Shown here: piece by piece, positions 63,927 to 64,000 of the stretch
How the letters are laid out: each line of letters opens with the position of its first letter
Numbering within the stretch: the stretch's first letter is position 1
Assembly (NCBI GenBank): GCA_964583105.1
Contig: CAZOUV010000003.1
Coordinates: 14,946 to 78,945, forward strand
Origin: an uncultured Gammaproteobacteria bacterium
Lineage (GTDB): Bacteria > Patescibacteriota > Microgenomatia > UBA8517
Reading direction: 5' to 3'
Length of the DNA: 64,000 nucleotides
Notes under the pieces: generated by a model
Told to the model about the DNA's origin: nothing
Databases searched by the model: none
What the model saw: only the letters and a program-made list of their open reading frames with translations
Made by a program: the position numbers and the translations under genes

Positions 63927-64000
63927 ATTTATAACACAATTATAATCTTTTATGATAGAATGTCAAGAGTAGATAAATTTATTCCCTGCAGCAGTCAAGG

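Noticed and set aside
1-64000. CRISPR arrays and rRNA genes
   Set aside because: No regularly spaced direct repeats of 24-40 bp with unique spacers were seen. No rRNA-like conserved blocks were seen.

Overview
This is an AT-rich, gene-dense bacterial window. Gene content suggests a reduced-genome, CPR/Patescibacteria-like organism; this is inference from archaeal-type short TIM, class I FBA, split transketolase, class II B12-dependent RNR with NrdR, two PBP1A paralogs and many toxin-antitoxin modules.

Main blocks, in order:
- 1-5.2 kb: a glycan-synthesis cluster (methyltransferase, GT2 x2) and an HUH-transposase-like/SH3b fusion protein.
- 6-10.7 kb: lactate-permease-like transporter, EpmA plus EF-P, and a putative cobalamin-uptake module (DUF4430 protein plus small membrane protein) with a riboswitch-like leader.
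- 12.5-23 kb: a central carbon metabolism cluster (TIM, RpiB, PGK, GAPDH, LOG, TktN/TktC, FBA class I, PfkB kinase, 2-hydroxyacid dehydrogenase), interrupted by an AbrB-type antitoxin/Doc module.
- 23-30 kb: a cell-wall cluster (beta-lactamase-like protein, two tandem PBP1A genes separated by BrnT/BrnA).
- 30.2-31.3 kb: a HEPN-like plus CPBP-protease pair.
- 32.2-35.9 kb: nrdR-nrdJ-pduO.
- 35.9-42.8 kb: an accessory patch with an orphan VirD4/TraD/HerA-like membrane ATPase, a truncated UDP-sugar dehydrogenase, a tyrosine integrase flanked by four tRNAs (a UAU-anticodon tRNA that no ORF-track entry explains, two CAU tRNAs, Trp) and a second BrnT/BrnA pair.
- 42.8-64 kb: housekeeping genes (TrpRS, FtsH, 5'-3' exonuclease, Fpg, RecF, ATP-dependent DNA ligase, Pth, GDH) mixed with GT4 glycosyltransferases, Fic, a CvpA-CAP fusion and a RelE/YefM pair.

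No CRISPR array or rRNA was found. All family assignments come from reading motifs by eye and need HMM or BLAST confirmation.
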